In this document: positions 1-12,600 of the stretch, in pieces
How positions within the stretch are numbered: position 1 is the first letter of the stretch
How the letters are laid out: every line of letters starts with the position of its first letter
Source of the DNA: Hyphochytrium catenoides
Taxonomy: Eukaryota > Protista > Hyphochytriomycota
Reading direction: 5' to 3'
Length of the DNA stretch: 64,000 nt
Assembly: GCA_900088475.1 (NCBI GenBank)
Contig: FLMG01000154.1
Coordinates: 62,001 to 126,000 of the forward strand
Made by a program: the position numbers and the translations under genes
Notes under the pieces: generated by a model
Database searches by the model: none
What the model was told of the DNA's origin: nothing
What the model saw: only the letters and a program-made list of their open reading frames with translations

Positions 1-3000
1 CCGTACGTCTTGACAGGCTATCTTGTCTCTGCTCCAACTCTTCACTTCTAATTTAAAACAAAAAGGTCGGCCGGCTGTCTCCGCTGGCACGGCCTCTACG
101 TTTGCGCCAGCCAGGTTTAGTATGGTACACTTTCCAAGCGTCTGCGACTGGTCTGCAAATAGAAGTGATCAGACATCCTTAGAAAATCAGACAAAGACCC
201 ACCTAACCTAAGCTTACTTTCGTTCTCATCGTGCTGGAAGATCAGTCTAGAGTTCTGCAGTACAGCCCAACGTTTCTTCCATAGCGGAGCCTTGCTGATG
301 GCAGAGAAAACAGAAGCTTGCTTCCGTACGGCCACCAAGCCCCCTTTCAGCCGCAACATTGGGGAGACTTTACTCTGATTAACGCCTTCAGTCTTCATGG
401 CCATGCTCATTCGGGTCTTAATGAAGAACTGCTGCCTCAGCTCTCTGTCTTGCCGCTCTCTACCAGTATGCAAAGAGTGGGTAAGGCCAACAGAAAAGAA
501 AGTTCGCAGGACTATAACTTACCGATACTCATCTATCCTCTTATTGAGTTTCTCTTGCTGAATAGACAGCATCTGGCAACGCAGAACGTCGTGCAAGAAG
601 CCGTGCGTGATCTCATACTTCACACGCCCTCCAAGCTGGTGTATAGATGCCGTGCTTCCGGCACACAACTCCACCTGTAAATTGAGGTGTGTCAGAAAGG
701 GAAGCATGACAAACGTCGCATTGCATGTCGTACCCTTTTGATGAAGTTTAACTTCAAAAGACCCTGAAACTCCTCATCTAATTTGGCGCCATGTGCACTG
801 ATGGGATACACTGTCTTCAAGAGTTCCAGTTCGAAGCTGGGGCCCAGAAGTGTGGCGGTCTAAATGGACCAGTCGGTGAGATGATGAACAGCTCTGGTTG
901 AGGTTCATAGGTGCTCACCTTCAGCAGCATACGCTGACAGACCGACAGCTCATCGACCCAAGCGGTAATTACCCCATTCACCACCACCGGCGGTTTTAGT
1001 CCGATGTTCTTAGTGGCTGATTTGCTCTTGTCTGTACTTGTCAGGCCTAGGAGCAGCAGCCTATCAGGCGTGTGGGCAAGTGTCACTTAGCTGTCAAGCT
1101 TGCACTCACCGCCGAGCAAAAGGGCTCCAAGGTGCTGCTGATGTTGGCCTTTCTCTCCACTAACTCTTCTTGGCCTTGTGTTGTTAAAGCAGTCCACACA
1201 GTGACGAACATACTCATTTTCTCCACTGACAAACAACAAAGAAGGGGAATTCAGGACATCCGTCGGAGGGAAAGAGTTTATACAGAAATGAAGAAACTAA
1301 CGGTAGCATCTTCTTGCAGGCATCAGGCGTACAACTTTCACAGAAGGTATAGCCACAGGCCCTGCACTTGTGCTTCTCATACGATCCTTGGAAAGAGAGA
1401 TGGCACTTGTAACAGCAAGCCGCTTCCGACTTGTCGCCCCAGGCTCTTTGCACCTTAAATGTACATTTCATGGTGCCTGCGGGAGAGGATGTTACAGAAC
1501 TGAATCTGAAATCTCTGGCAAACCCCATTATTTCATGTCGATAACGCCCCGAGCACCTACCGTTCTCCTTTTCCAAAACAATTAGGCCATCGTCCTTCAT
1601 CGAGCGCACCAGATATATCAGGAAAAGCGGATTGCCCTGAGACCTGACAAGACAATGCTTGAGAGATGGATAACCAAACACCAGAAAGCAAGTCCACGAT
1701 CAGTACCTCTGAATCAAGACAGAGGTAAGCTCCGCCGGCAACTCTTGCACTCCAAGCTCCTGACGAGCCAGGGCCTCCGCCCTCAATGGTGCTAACGGTT
1801 CAAGTACGGCCGTCTCAGACCGCGAGAAAGACCGGAACAAACTGAAAGAAATATCGATCAGAAATTCTACATTGGGCGGAACGTCGCATCATCAAACCTT
1901 AAAATTTCCCTTAGCTGTCCGGAGGCTCTGTCCGACACCTTTCGTGGCGGCCTCGTAGCTACGATGACCAAAATATTCTTCTCATCCTGGGCTGTACGAA
2001 GAGCCAGCTGCCATGACTTCTTGTCAATGAAAGAGGCATCATCGATGACGAGGATCAAGGGCCCTTCTTTGGCAAAACCTTGAAGAATGGTAAGGATAAG
2101 AAGGCCCGTAAGGTCGATCTTGATAGGTTCCATAGAGACCGGAGGAATGTCCTGCAAAGTGTACGAGGCCGCGCAGTAAAGAGTCATGAGGTGTGACCAT
2201 CAATCTAGTTCACCATTCCTTGGGCCTTCTAAAATAGCTCTCTAGTTCTTCCTCTGTTTCTCTCTTGTGTCCAGCGTTTCCCTGTCATTGATTAGCTATG
2301 TCGTGCTCTCTCTGTTGCCGCGTTATCACTCTTCCTCCTTCCGAGAGAAGCCATCAGGAAATACCTCTTCCGCCTGATTATTCTCTTCCTGGTGGTCTTC
2401 TTCATGTTGCCCTGGTTTCTCTTTTTCTCTGTGGACAAATGGAGTTCCAAGCTCCTCTTTCCGTTCGCTTGCATCAGCTTTCGCGAGTTCAGGCTTTTCA
2501 GGTTCTTCTTCACGTTTTTCACTTTGTGGCAAGTTTTCTGCTGCTACGGTTAGCTCGGGTTGTTCATTTTCCGCTTCTGGACAGGAGGCTAGAGTTTCAT
2601 CTCCTGATTCCATGCTCCTCAGTGCGTTGAGATTAGACGATGGTGTTGCTAAGCTATCTTCAGGGTCAGTTCCCTCAAAGACAAACTCTATTTCCTTCGT
2701 GCCTGCATTGCACAAAAATGATAAATAGGACGGGTAAGTAATGTTGTCACAGATGCCTGGAAGGCTCTGATGTCTTGGAAGCTCTAGATACGTGTGATGG
2801 CAAGGAGGAAGGCACGCACCAAGGACTCCTTTGATCTCATCCGGCACATCGGATCCAGCGGCCTCTGAACGCTTGAAATTCGTGCCCAGCAAATTGTTTA
2901 GACGGCTAGCATAAGGGAGAAGAAGGCTGCCAATCGAGGTTGACTGTGGAGAATGCAGAATGCGTCAGCGAGATAAACTCGGGTAGTTGCCGGAAATGCT

Positions 3001-6000
3001 GTTGGCCGAGACAGAAAAGTTGATGCAGCGAACAGGACCAAGGATGAAAGACGATGGGACTTCCTCAACTGACACCTACCTCTAGAATCTTCTGTATTTT
3101 GGACGTCTTCTCTTCCACTCCAGGACCTAATGATTGCATCTTCTCTGCCAACAGCTGCAACCAAACTCCGTATCTCCTGACGCCTGTCCCCTGCTCATAG
3201 GGATTGCCGCAACCCACCATGAAAGTGGCAAAGGCCAAGTCAGTGTTACAGAGGGCCGTGCAGAGGAGCCGGGTCTTCCCCAGCCCAATATCCCCTTCTA
3301 GTAGGAAGCCCCCGCCAATCCCTGCAGTTAGTCGTTGCAGAAGGGTGGATAATACAAGTCAGACGTGTGGCTAGATGCAGATAAGCGATCACCCTTGCAA
3401 CCTTTCTCTATGACAAGCCTGCACTTGTCTATTAGGCTCTGTCGGATTCGAGTAAGAGTGCGACCTTCCGTGGACACTGTGGCTGTGATGACTGGGAGCA
3501 GCCCCTCTTTCCTCAATAAAGCTTGTCGCTCTATCTCCTGGTTTACGGCTGCAGGAGAGGAAGACGAATCGGGAGTAGAAATGAGTATGTTCCCCCCATG
3601 CTTTAAATAGGTAAGCCGAGAAGAAGGGAAAGGACAAGCGGAGTAGACATAGTAGAATCCAATAGAGACTCATAAGGTTCAGGGAGGTCCAAGGATTTCT
3701 AGCAGGGATAAAAAGGGTAGCGGAGGTGTCACCAAGGTCTCTGACCATTTAGTTCGTCGACAGTCGCCACCGAGGTATTAGAAAGCGAGTGCTGAAGACA
3801 TATACGATGCTCAGCCGCTGCCTTGCACGCTTTTGCTATGGGTTCGGTTCTTCTCTCTTCTGCTGTGATAAGTTGGATCTCTAGAATATCGGCCATCGTG
3901 TTGACCACCTGCGACTGCACTGTTTGCTCCGAAGAGTCGGATAGAACAGAGGACGAAGAATCTTGTCTCCCGATAGATACAGAAGAGCTTTCTCTGAATA
4001 TCATAATGGTCCCGCCCAAAGATCTAACAGGAACACAGACATTTGCATAATGTTACGGTAGATCGCCAATATGCAGAAAGGCAGAAAAAGGAACCCCATA
4101 AACGGTGAGACGGATGGAGAGTAATCGAGCTGGAACAGATGAAGAAGGTACCTCTGAGTCTTTATTCCTCTTCCCAAGCCCTGTGATAGTAGTTGGGGAG
4201 AAGTTCTCTTTCTGTGCAAGTAGGTCTTTCCTCCAAGGTTAGCCGCCTCAAGACGATACTGCATAAGCGCAGACATCTTGGGATACGGACGATATATTAG
4301 AACTCTCTCCGTCTTGCCCTTGACTGTGATGTCGCTCATCTCCTCAAACTGCAGGGTATCAGCGACGGCAGTTCGTGTTGACAAGTCCGTCAAGATGCCG
4401 CCCTTCTGTTGTTTGGCGCGCTGTAGAAAAGGAGCAAGCATTATCGTCAATACCGAAGCCATCGCCCAAAGAGAGTCAAGGCGAGCACCGCCATTTTCAA
4501 GAGTAAAGGGGGTATCATGAGTACCGAAAGGGACGTAGCTTGCCGGCGAGGCGAGCTACATCTTAGGGGCTCACCTGCATTAGCCTGGCGGAGAGATTGA
4601 CAATATCTCCAAGAACTGTGTACTCTCTGCGGTTGCCATGGTGGCCCACCACACCGCAAAATGCAACTCCCGACGTAATGCCTGCCAACCGGTGACGCAA
4701 GTGAGCAAGGAATCATATGGACCGTAAAGGCAGCTAAAGAGGCAGCATTGATCGGAGAATCCCTTGCATTAAATGGTAAGGGGCGCGAGATATAGGGTAG
4801 GAGTCAGGTAACAGGTAGAGAGAAGAAAGGTTCGGCTGAGATAGCGTGCGCCCCGTACCTACTGACGCCGCGAGGCCTATCTGAAAGAGTTTTGAGCAGA
4901 GGCTCAGCGCTGCTAGTACTCCCCGAGTGGCGTCATTCTCGTGTGCAACCGGTGGAAGACCAAACACAGCGATAACAGTGCTAGGAGAGAAGAAATGGCA
5001 TAAAACTGTGATTAGACAAGGGGCTGACAGGCGCGCAGAAGAGAGAGACATTGAAAGTCCCTCTAAGACGGCCTAGTGCAGAAAAGGTCACGAAGACGTG
5101 GTTTCGTCAGTAAAATACCTGCCCTTATCATCCACTAGGAACTTATTGATTGTCCCTTCATAGTCGTAGACGGCGCGTTGGACAAGGGCAAACGCATTCT
5201 GCAGCTTCTGGAGACCTTTGTTGTCCAACATTCCTACAAGATCTTGCTCACTGCATGACAGCGACGGTGAACATAGGTGAGATTATGGAGGCGAAGAGCG
5301 AAGTGGATCGCAGGGCACTAGAAGCAAGGGAGACAAAACCGTGTTATATGACTCTCCCGCCCGGAGTCCCCAGCATCAGGGAAGAGAGCAGGATATGACT
5401 AACTAGAATGCTTGGGACTAGTGCTCTCTTCAAGTCAAGTGCAAGATATGAACAAAAACGAAACGGAAACGAGATTTTTCGTGAGGAAAAGCAGACGCAA
5501 AGAGGAGAAAGAGCACAGCCAAAGACAAAGACTAGAGGATGGGGCTAAATGACAGGGATGCACGTACGTGAAGCCCAGGTTGATGAACAGGCAAGTGATC
5601 TGCCTGAGCTCTGAGCCCCAACTCTCTTCATCGGCATCAAGGAAGGGAACCACAGCTCTGGGGACGTATTGCCACATCCGCGCTTGCAGCTTAAAGTCAT
5701 CCCGAACGTCTGAGGTCCGACGGGAGCAGCGCTTGAGCTGCTTGTCAACTCTCTTGACCTGACGCCGCAGAATCAGGGGAGAATGTGACACAAAATCAGA
5801 ACTTCCACTGGAGGACACAAGAGATTGAAGTGTGAAGCATAGATCCTCTCTTCTGTTCACTAAAGGACTGAGAGACGCATTGGAGCCAACAAAGGACAAG
5901 ACATATAGGTGTTGAGTCCTTCGAGTCCGACCTTACCCTGATGAAGTCTCCTGCACTCTGTATCTTCTCTCCTGTGAAGTACTCGGAGACCAACTCCCAA

Positions 6001-7404
6001 GCTTCAGGAGCACAGACGACTTCTCCAGACTTCGCATATCCTTCACCTTCAAATGCCTGCAGGACGGCAGGGCCCGTCGCAATGTATTCAACCCGCGGAA
6101 CATCCCCGTCTGAGACACCTCCCAGATCAGCAATAGTCGCACGGCCCACGCCAACACCCATTTTGACGCTGAGCCTGAGGGTGCAGCCAACACAACGGGA
6201 ACAAGATGTGAGGAAGTATGATAGGCAAATAGAGAGACCGACAACGGAAGGTTGGTCGGTGATGGGCCACAGGGCACAGCGAAGCTTATCAATTCACCAA
6301 GGCCCTGCAATGCCACTCTACAATGCCGCCCTGTAGGCCAATCCCTCATTGCCTCTATTCCAATGTCCTTGCAGATGCCTTTGTCTATGTCTCTTCCCCT
6401 GCTCTCGCACCATACATTCACGTCTCTTGCAGTACTTACACAACGCCTGGTGCCAGCTCGGCTTTATGAAGATGGTCCTGAATAGATAGCGCACATTGGA
6501 CAGCCCTACGGATGAGACTCTCATAGGTATCGTCTTGGTTCTCCGGCCAGAAGATGATCATAGCGTCGCCTGCAAACTTGAAGACATCGCCGCCTGCGGA
6601 GGAGATATGCCGCACCATCTGGGAGAAGTAGGAATTCAAATATTTGCCTAAATGGAGAGAAGATTGTCAAAGTCAAAGTCACAAAAGTTGGGAGTTAGTA
6701 TGGCGAACTATACGCCGGGTTAAGGCTCCCAGACCAATGTGTCGCAGTTTGAAGAGGATAATCCTGCAGTCAAGCCCAGAGGTAAGAGAAAACAGCTGAT
6801 ACTGAGAAGTCATGCGCAAGAGTAAGCGACAGATAAAACAGAGACAGGCATAGCCAAGGGTTAAAGCTATCGGTTCCGAGCCTCGGGCCTTGATAGATAC
6901 CTAAAAACTCAGCTCCAGTAGGGCCTCGAGCAGCTAAGGACTCCGACATGGCGGTGAAGCCGGAAACATCGGCGAAGACACAGACCTACATCGGAAGGAC
7001 GAGATTTAGCAGAGTGCTAGAGCCTGCTGAAAGCATAAGGCTCTAACTAAACTTATGAGACCGAACGAAAGACAGACCAAAAGAGGAGGAGGCCAAGAAG
7101 CAACTGAGGGAAGAGTATGAAAAGAGTCTCCAGAGATGAGACATCTTTTTCTCTTCAGCTCCTGCCTCTCTCGCTCTTCCATTTCGTCTTTCCAATAGAT
7201 CTGTGTGTCCCCTACAACCTTCCTGTCCCTGCATGTCCTCCAAAGGCACTGTCCAGGCCGACCTACCGTTTGAATCTCATGAGTGTCCGGAAGAGGAAGA
7301 GCTGGTCCTCCCTCTTCCTGTCTCCTTAGCGCCTTCTCTAAATGCCGCCGGACCAGGGAAGGCAGGTAGTCACTGATGCGGACGGAAGCGGTGAGTCCTC
7401 TCAT
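1..7404 (-). CDS. ADCY10: Soluble adenylyl cyclase (ADCY10/sAC-like): two class III cyclase domains, STAND NTPase, inserted FYVE zinc finger, C-terminal PH domain; multi-exon, 3' end runs off the window
   Basis: Spliced exons give the expected motifs. C1: VFADVSGFTAMSE (~6900-6985) and GGDVFKFAGDA (~6570-6600). C2: ELRQITCLFINL, YEGTINKFLVDDKG (~5120-5165), VFGLPPVAHEND, GITSGVAFCGVVG..REYTVLGDIVNLSARLM (~4575-4685). STAND: Walker A GDIGLGKT (~3270-3300), Walker B LVIDDA (~2040), GNPLF (~1630). FYVE cysteine pairs lie at ~1185-1445. PH: LWKKRWAVL..RPFCFKL (~1-350). GT-AG phases are consistent where checked; the start codon is uncertain (a short upstream exon from ATG 7518 is possible). Confidence 0.92.
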
Positions 7405-8096
7405 CTCTAGTGACGGGACAAAGAATAGAATCTACGGCCAAGAGACAGCGAAGAGAGAGGCCGACGGACGGAGAGTTCTACTTCTTTCGATCCGATCCTT
7501 AGTGGATGTAGACTCCATAAAAATAGCACAAGGAGGCCACAACGGTCCTGCTTGTCTTATCAGAAGCTATGTATTAGGTCTTCAAAAGACTAATCAACTG
7601 TGCGCGAGAGACTCTCCAGTTTCCCTATGAAGTTAAAGATAAGACCGACGGGAGAGGGACAGAAGTCGGAATGGAAGACTGAAGAAGCTGAATGCCGCAG
7701 TCTCTGCATCAGGCAAGCTCGCGACGTCCATCTTCTTCTGTGTCCCTCTCTTTTCTGTGTAACCCGTCCCGCTCTGGCTGTCTCAACCCTGCTGGAGCTT
7801 CACCGTCGAACTTGAAGCCTCGTCTAAGACCCTCTTCTTGTCTCTCAGTTGTTGCGGGCTTAGGACGCTTTTCTCCCCGTCGCTTTTCCTTCTCTTCTTT
7901 TGTCCTTCCAACTCTATGCTCTTTTAAGTGTGTGGATTCATCCAAAAACCTCTCCATCTCCCCTTGAAAACCTTCTCTCTTTCCTCCTTGATCTTTCCCA
8001 ATTCGCTGGTACTTCACTGGCTATTTTTCCCTCACACCTGCAGCTTGAGGCTGGACTGCCCTCAACTCTCCTGAAGGCTACTGCTGCGATTTCGCT

Positions 8097-8285
8097 CGTC
8101 TCTCTCACTCTCACTCTCTCTTTCTTTCTCTCTCTCTCTCCCTCTCTCTGCCTCTCTCTCTCTTTCCCCCTTACACACAGTGTCTCTCTCTCTCTTTCTT
8201 TCTCTCTCTCTCTCCCTCTCTCTCTCTCTTTCCCCTTACACACAGTGTCTCTCTCCCTCTCTGTCTCTCTTCACAGTCTCTTCCC
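8097..8285. repeat. Imperfect (CT)n microsatellite with a duplicated ttccccttacacacagtgtctctctc-like unit
   Basis: CT-rich run visible directly; the ccttacacacagtgtctctctc core occurs twice (~8169 and ~8234). Confidence 0.9.
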
Positions 8286-9160
8286 TTCTTGCTTCACCCT
8301 TTCCCACTGATTCCATGACTGATGCCTTCTATAGTATTACCATTTCCGTAACCCCAATAACCACAGCTTGCTACTGGGCGTATTACTACGGTTCATGATG
8401 GCCACTGTCCTGCTTACCGTATTACTACTTTCAGTGCCCCGTCTTTACCTACGGGAATAGGTTATCCTGGGCAGCTACTACTATCAAATGAAACCACCTT
8501 TTCAGATCTACCCCAGGGGTAGCCATAGCCTCCTCATATCCTTGACTGCTAACTTTTCCGTAATGCGGAGGCGCCAGAGAGGAGAGACAGAGGCCAACGA
8601 GGAGGAGAGACGGGCAGCGGGCTAGCCGCCAGAGTCTTTTGATGTCGACATTTGTGTAGGAAGTGCTAGTGAGGTACCTGCCCGTGCGGGAAAAAAGAGA
8701 AACACTTTCCTCCAGCACAACGTCAAGCGGGCCAAGCTTGCAAGAAGCGGCATTGATTGCAAGGCAGAAAAGTGCCACGCTTCTTACCTTGCGGACTTAT
8801 TGGAGGGAGCTTGGCTGGAATTTGCCTGAAATACGAGGGAAAGACGTCAAGAAGGACAGACCCCATGATGTTTGCTATCCCAGCGCTGTGGAGAAAGAAC
8901 CAGCAGAAAATAAACATCTTGTTCCCTTATTATGTTACACGTTTTAATCGGCATTTCCCAGCAACCTATACAATGAGGGTCGCACCTGTTGAGATAGAAC
9001 AGAATGATGAGGACGTCGCTAAGAAAGGGGACTAGAATTAGATGTTCAACGGCCAAACAGGACTTCGTTTTGGGTCTTCCCAAGTCTAGAGTATGAGGTG
9101 TGAGGCTAGGGACGCCCAATCATGCAAAGAGACACGCATCAGAGCGACAGAGCAAAACTA

Positions 9161-10310
9161 CTAATGTTGGCGACTTTCCGCGCCGCGGACAATACATTTT
9201 GGGAGACACGAGCAAAGAAAGGTGATAAGCCTCGCTAGACTCTTACCGCAATCCAAGCACACTGTCTCCGTCATTAACAGACAGCAGATGATGCCGAAGG
9301 GGAAGAAAAGAATGGCCAACAGCATGCCACAAAGAGTGAATGTACTCGTGGTGTGCAAGTGCGGGCAAGCGCGCGTCACAATGACAGTCTATAGCAGTAG
9401 AGGGGAAGAAGAGAGAACGGTCATATGATCCTCAGAATAAATTCTCCAAAACCCCCCCTAACAAGCGAGTTTGGCTTCTAAAAGACAACTATGAAGACGA
9501 ACAAGAATGGATAAGAAAAGAATCCCACGTCCCGAGAACAATGCCTTCCTTCCTTCGTTCATAATGTCCTCTGCTTTAGCTCTTTTGTGTACCTGCTGGG
9601 GCTGACCATAGACAACCTGAGGCTGATAGACTGGCTGCGCATACTGAGCTTGGCCTGGGTAAGGTGACGAACCATTTTGCGCTGGATAACCAACTGGTTG
9701 GGCCTGGTAGGGTGACTGCTGATTGTAAGCTTGGGGTGCAGGATATCCGCTAGCAGTAGGGACTGCGGAAGCCGCGTGGTATTGGGGAGGCGCTTGATAG
9801 GATGGACTGTGGCCCTTATCTCCCTCTGCTGGTCCGGCTCCAGGCTGCAGGTTGGTGCCGCAGTTTGCTGCCAGGAACATTGAAGCATAATTACACCAGG
9901 AGATAATAAGAAAATGGCATCAAAGACAAAGACAACGCGATTGCTATGAACTAGCCACGCACAAAGAGAGTGGCAGGTACTTTAGCAGACGACGAGGAGT
10001 CAGGCGAGATTTATTTGAATGGGGCGTTCGTAAGGTCAAGGTTAAAACTTACTGCAAAAGGAAACTCCTTCCACCTGGGTGGAACCGCAAGAATCTGTGC
10101 CAAAGACGCAATAGGCAGTTAGCACAGCATCAGGCAACCATGAGTCCGACAGCAGGTACAAGGTCTAGGACTTAAATTACGAAGACCCAGAGACGGATGG
10201 GAAGCATGAGAGAACGCGCAATCTAACAAGACGGCGGGCAGGAGCAGGAATGGAACTTGGAAGGAGATTAAGGAAGACAAAGGCGGGTATAACGTACGGC
10301 AGATTGGCAT
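9161..10310 (-). CDS. BRI3/DUF2367-like (LITAF-related) small membrane protein with N-terminal zinc ribbon and Pro/Gln/Tyr-rich linker; 4 exons
   Basis: Spliced N-terminus reads MPIC|HSCGSTQVEGVSFC|TNCGTNL (CxxC..CxxC ribbon). A PPQY/GYP/QPVY-rich exon follows (~9593-9866). The last exon is CPHLHTTSTFTLCGMLLAILFFPFGIICCLLMTETVCLDCG, matching the BRI3 pattern FTxxGxxLAIxFFPxGIxCC..CxxCG. The exact 3' end is uncertain (possible extra donor near 9247). Confidence 0.8.
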
Positions 10311-11021
10311 GATAAGTGCTTTCTGTGTCAATGAAGACCGTCAAACCTTCTTCTTCGTACTCTGTGTATGCTGACGTTCGACAACTGAGGCAATGAGCGA
10401 GCTCAAGAATGTATAAGTGAATTTTCCAATCTGCAGACCGCAGCACAGCTGCTTTCTGGAGCGTGATGAGAGAATAACAGACTGACAGAGACTCATCAAA
10501 CAGAAGACACGAAGACACTTTCAGAGTCTAACGCGGAGGCCAGAACTAGGGCGAAAATAGCATATCCATAGTGCAATAGTGTCAGCTCTATGCGTAAAAT
10601 ACCGAGACTAAGGAATGAGGCCGAGCGATGGCTGGTTTGTGAGGGGTTGGAAACCTGATAGTTTGTTTGGGGCTCAGAAACGCTCTATTTTCGTGACCTG
10701 AGGTTGTGGAATCCGAGCGGGATGGAAAGGACAGCTGGACACACAGGGCCAACAGAGTCTAAAGAAAGAGTGAACATAGATATCGTAAACCTGATAGCCA
10801 GAGCTCGATATGTTAAGTCTTTTAGAGGTACTAGAATTTAGACTAGGTAGGGGTGCCTTCTAGACAGAGTGCGGGCTAGACGTCATCCTTGACGATGCAC
10901 AAGGACAGACGATGCTGCGAAATCGTATGTCTCACCCCACTGATCGGCCCATCCATCCTAGAGAACAACCTTCAGAGTGAAAATGGGTGGGGACACAAGG
11001 GAGCGGCCAAAAACAAGGGAG

Positions 11022-11140
11022 AGTAGAGAGGGGGAGGGGAAAGAGAGAGAGAGAGAGAGAAAAAAAAAAGAGAGAGACAGAGAGACAGAGAGAGAAGAGA
11101 CAGAGGGACAGAGACAGAGACAGAGAGGGAGAGGGAGAGA

Positions 11141-11171
<31 letters not shown>

Positions 11172-11172
11172 A
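11022..11172. repeat. Imperfect (GA)n microsatellite
   Basis: Purine-rich GA/GACA run visible directly. Confidence 0.9.
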
Positions 11173-12503
11173 AGCAGAAGGACAGTGATTTGAGCTGCAG
11201 AACAGACCCTCATTGAGGTGGAGTGAGAGTGAACAACTGAAAGATGAGAAAGATGGAACCGAAGGAGGAAGATGATGACAATCGCCCCAATCATCTCTAA
11301 TTTTTTAAAAGTCACAAAGCTTCCAGTGGTCTTCATTGTGTTCCTGATCTTTGTTCGCCCTATTGATGCTGCTGCTTTGATGGGACCTCAGCGTACAGTT
11401 ATCGCGCGCTGCTGTCTAGGTCGGCTTGCAATCTGCTGCTTGGAGGAGGCTACTCATTATTGAGCATTACTCTATGTCTTTTGCGCTTCCCTTGCACTGC
11501 CAGATAACAAACCAATGAACCGCTGGAACACTCATCTCGATCTCCGGCTGCTACCTTCATTGCTCAGCCCTAGCAGCAGCTGTTTCCAAGAATTATCCTT
11601 AGGCTTCTCCCCCCTTTCCATCGTGGGGTAGTACAGATGATGGACCTCCTCTTTCTCCTACTTCTAGCCGATCTGTGACGCTAGCCGTCGTTATTTTAAA
11701 ATGACTTATATTAACGTCACATATACAAAGCAAGGAGGCCGATCTCTTATCAATCAACTCTTCTATAAAGAATCCGTCATCCGTTATCCCAAGCAAGCTA
11801 CGAAGGCGTTAAGGGATAGAATAACGCAGACGACGGTAAAAAAGGGAGCTCAAAGAGAGCAACCGCGAAGCTTGGCTCGTCGTGTTATCCTTTCTTACTA
11901 CTGATTAGCGCTATTTGCCATGATAAGAAAGGCCTACGACGTGGTGGGTGTCTACTACTAGCTATCACGCTACTACTTATTGCTTCCATCGTCGCCTACT
12001 GTTATCATAATAATAGCGGTTCTTGTTGCGGCTGTCTCAACTAGTGGTGAACGAGGCGGAACAGAGGAAGAGAAACAGTTGCAGACAGAGAGCGAAGGAG
12101 GAGGAGAGAGGAGAGGAGAAGAGAGAGAGTGAAGAAGAAGCTGTAAGATGGACAGCAGAAAGCAGGCGACCCCCGCACCTTCATCCACTCATCAAGAGCC
12201 CAACAGCGGGAGAGGTCATCAGATCAGCAGCCAAGCGTACTCACTATGTAACGCCTTGTCAATTATGGTATATTTGACACCAAATGATCCAATATAGCTG
12301 TGTCTGAGATGTAAATTACGGGAATTCACATAAGAAGGCCTTATGTCCCATATTAGTTTCGCCAAATCGTACAGTAATTTCGTTTTCTTGACATCAATCT
12401 TGGATGGGCTTGACAGTGGTGAACCGTTATTTTCACATCTGCTGGAACTTTTGGGAGGAGGACTCTTGAGGACCTTCCGCTCCCTTTCCTCTCTGCCCTG
12501 TAC

Positions 12504-12572
<69 letters not shown>

Positions 12573-12600
12573 GTCTCTCTCTCTCTCTCCCTCTTTCTCT
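12504..12600. repeat. (CT)n microsatellite
   Basis: Near-perfect CT run visible directly. Confidence 0.95.

Noticed and set aside
2320-2330. Apparent premature stop in the cyclase (ORF 2326-2892 ends in TGA), suggesting a pseudogene or recoding
   Set aside because: A phase-0 donor GAG|gtattt at ~2365 splices to the DIPP exon at ~2152 and bypasses the stop.
7709-8398. Several 70-140 aa ORFs rich in SL/ER dipeptides (also at 10932-11336, 12343-12681, 15245-15584, 34325-34651)
   Set aside because: They are translations of (CT)n/(GA)n microsatellites, which lack stop codons; no domain signal.
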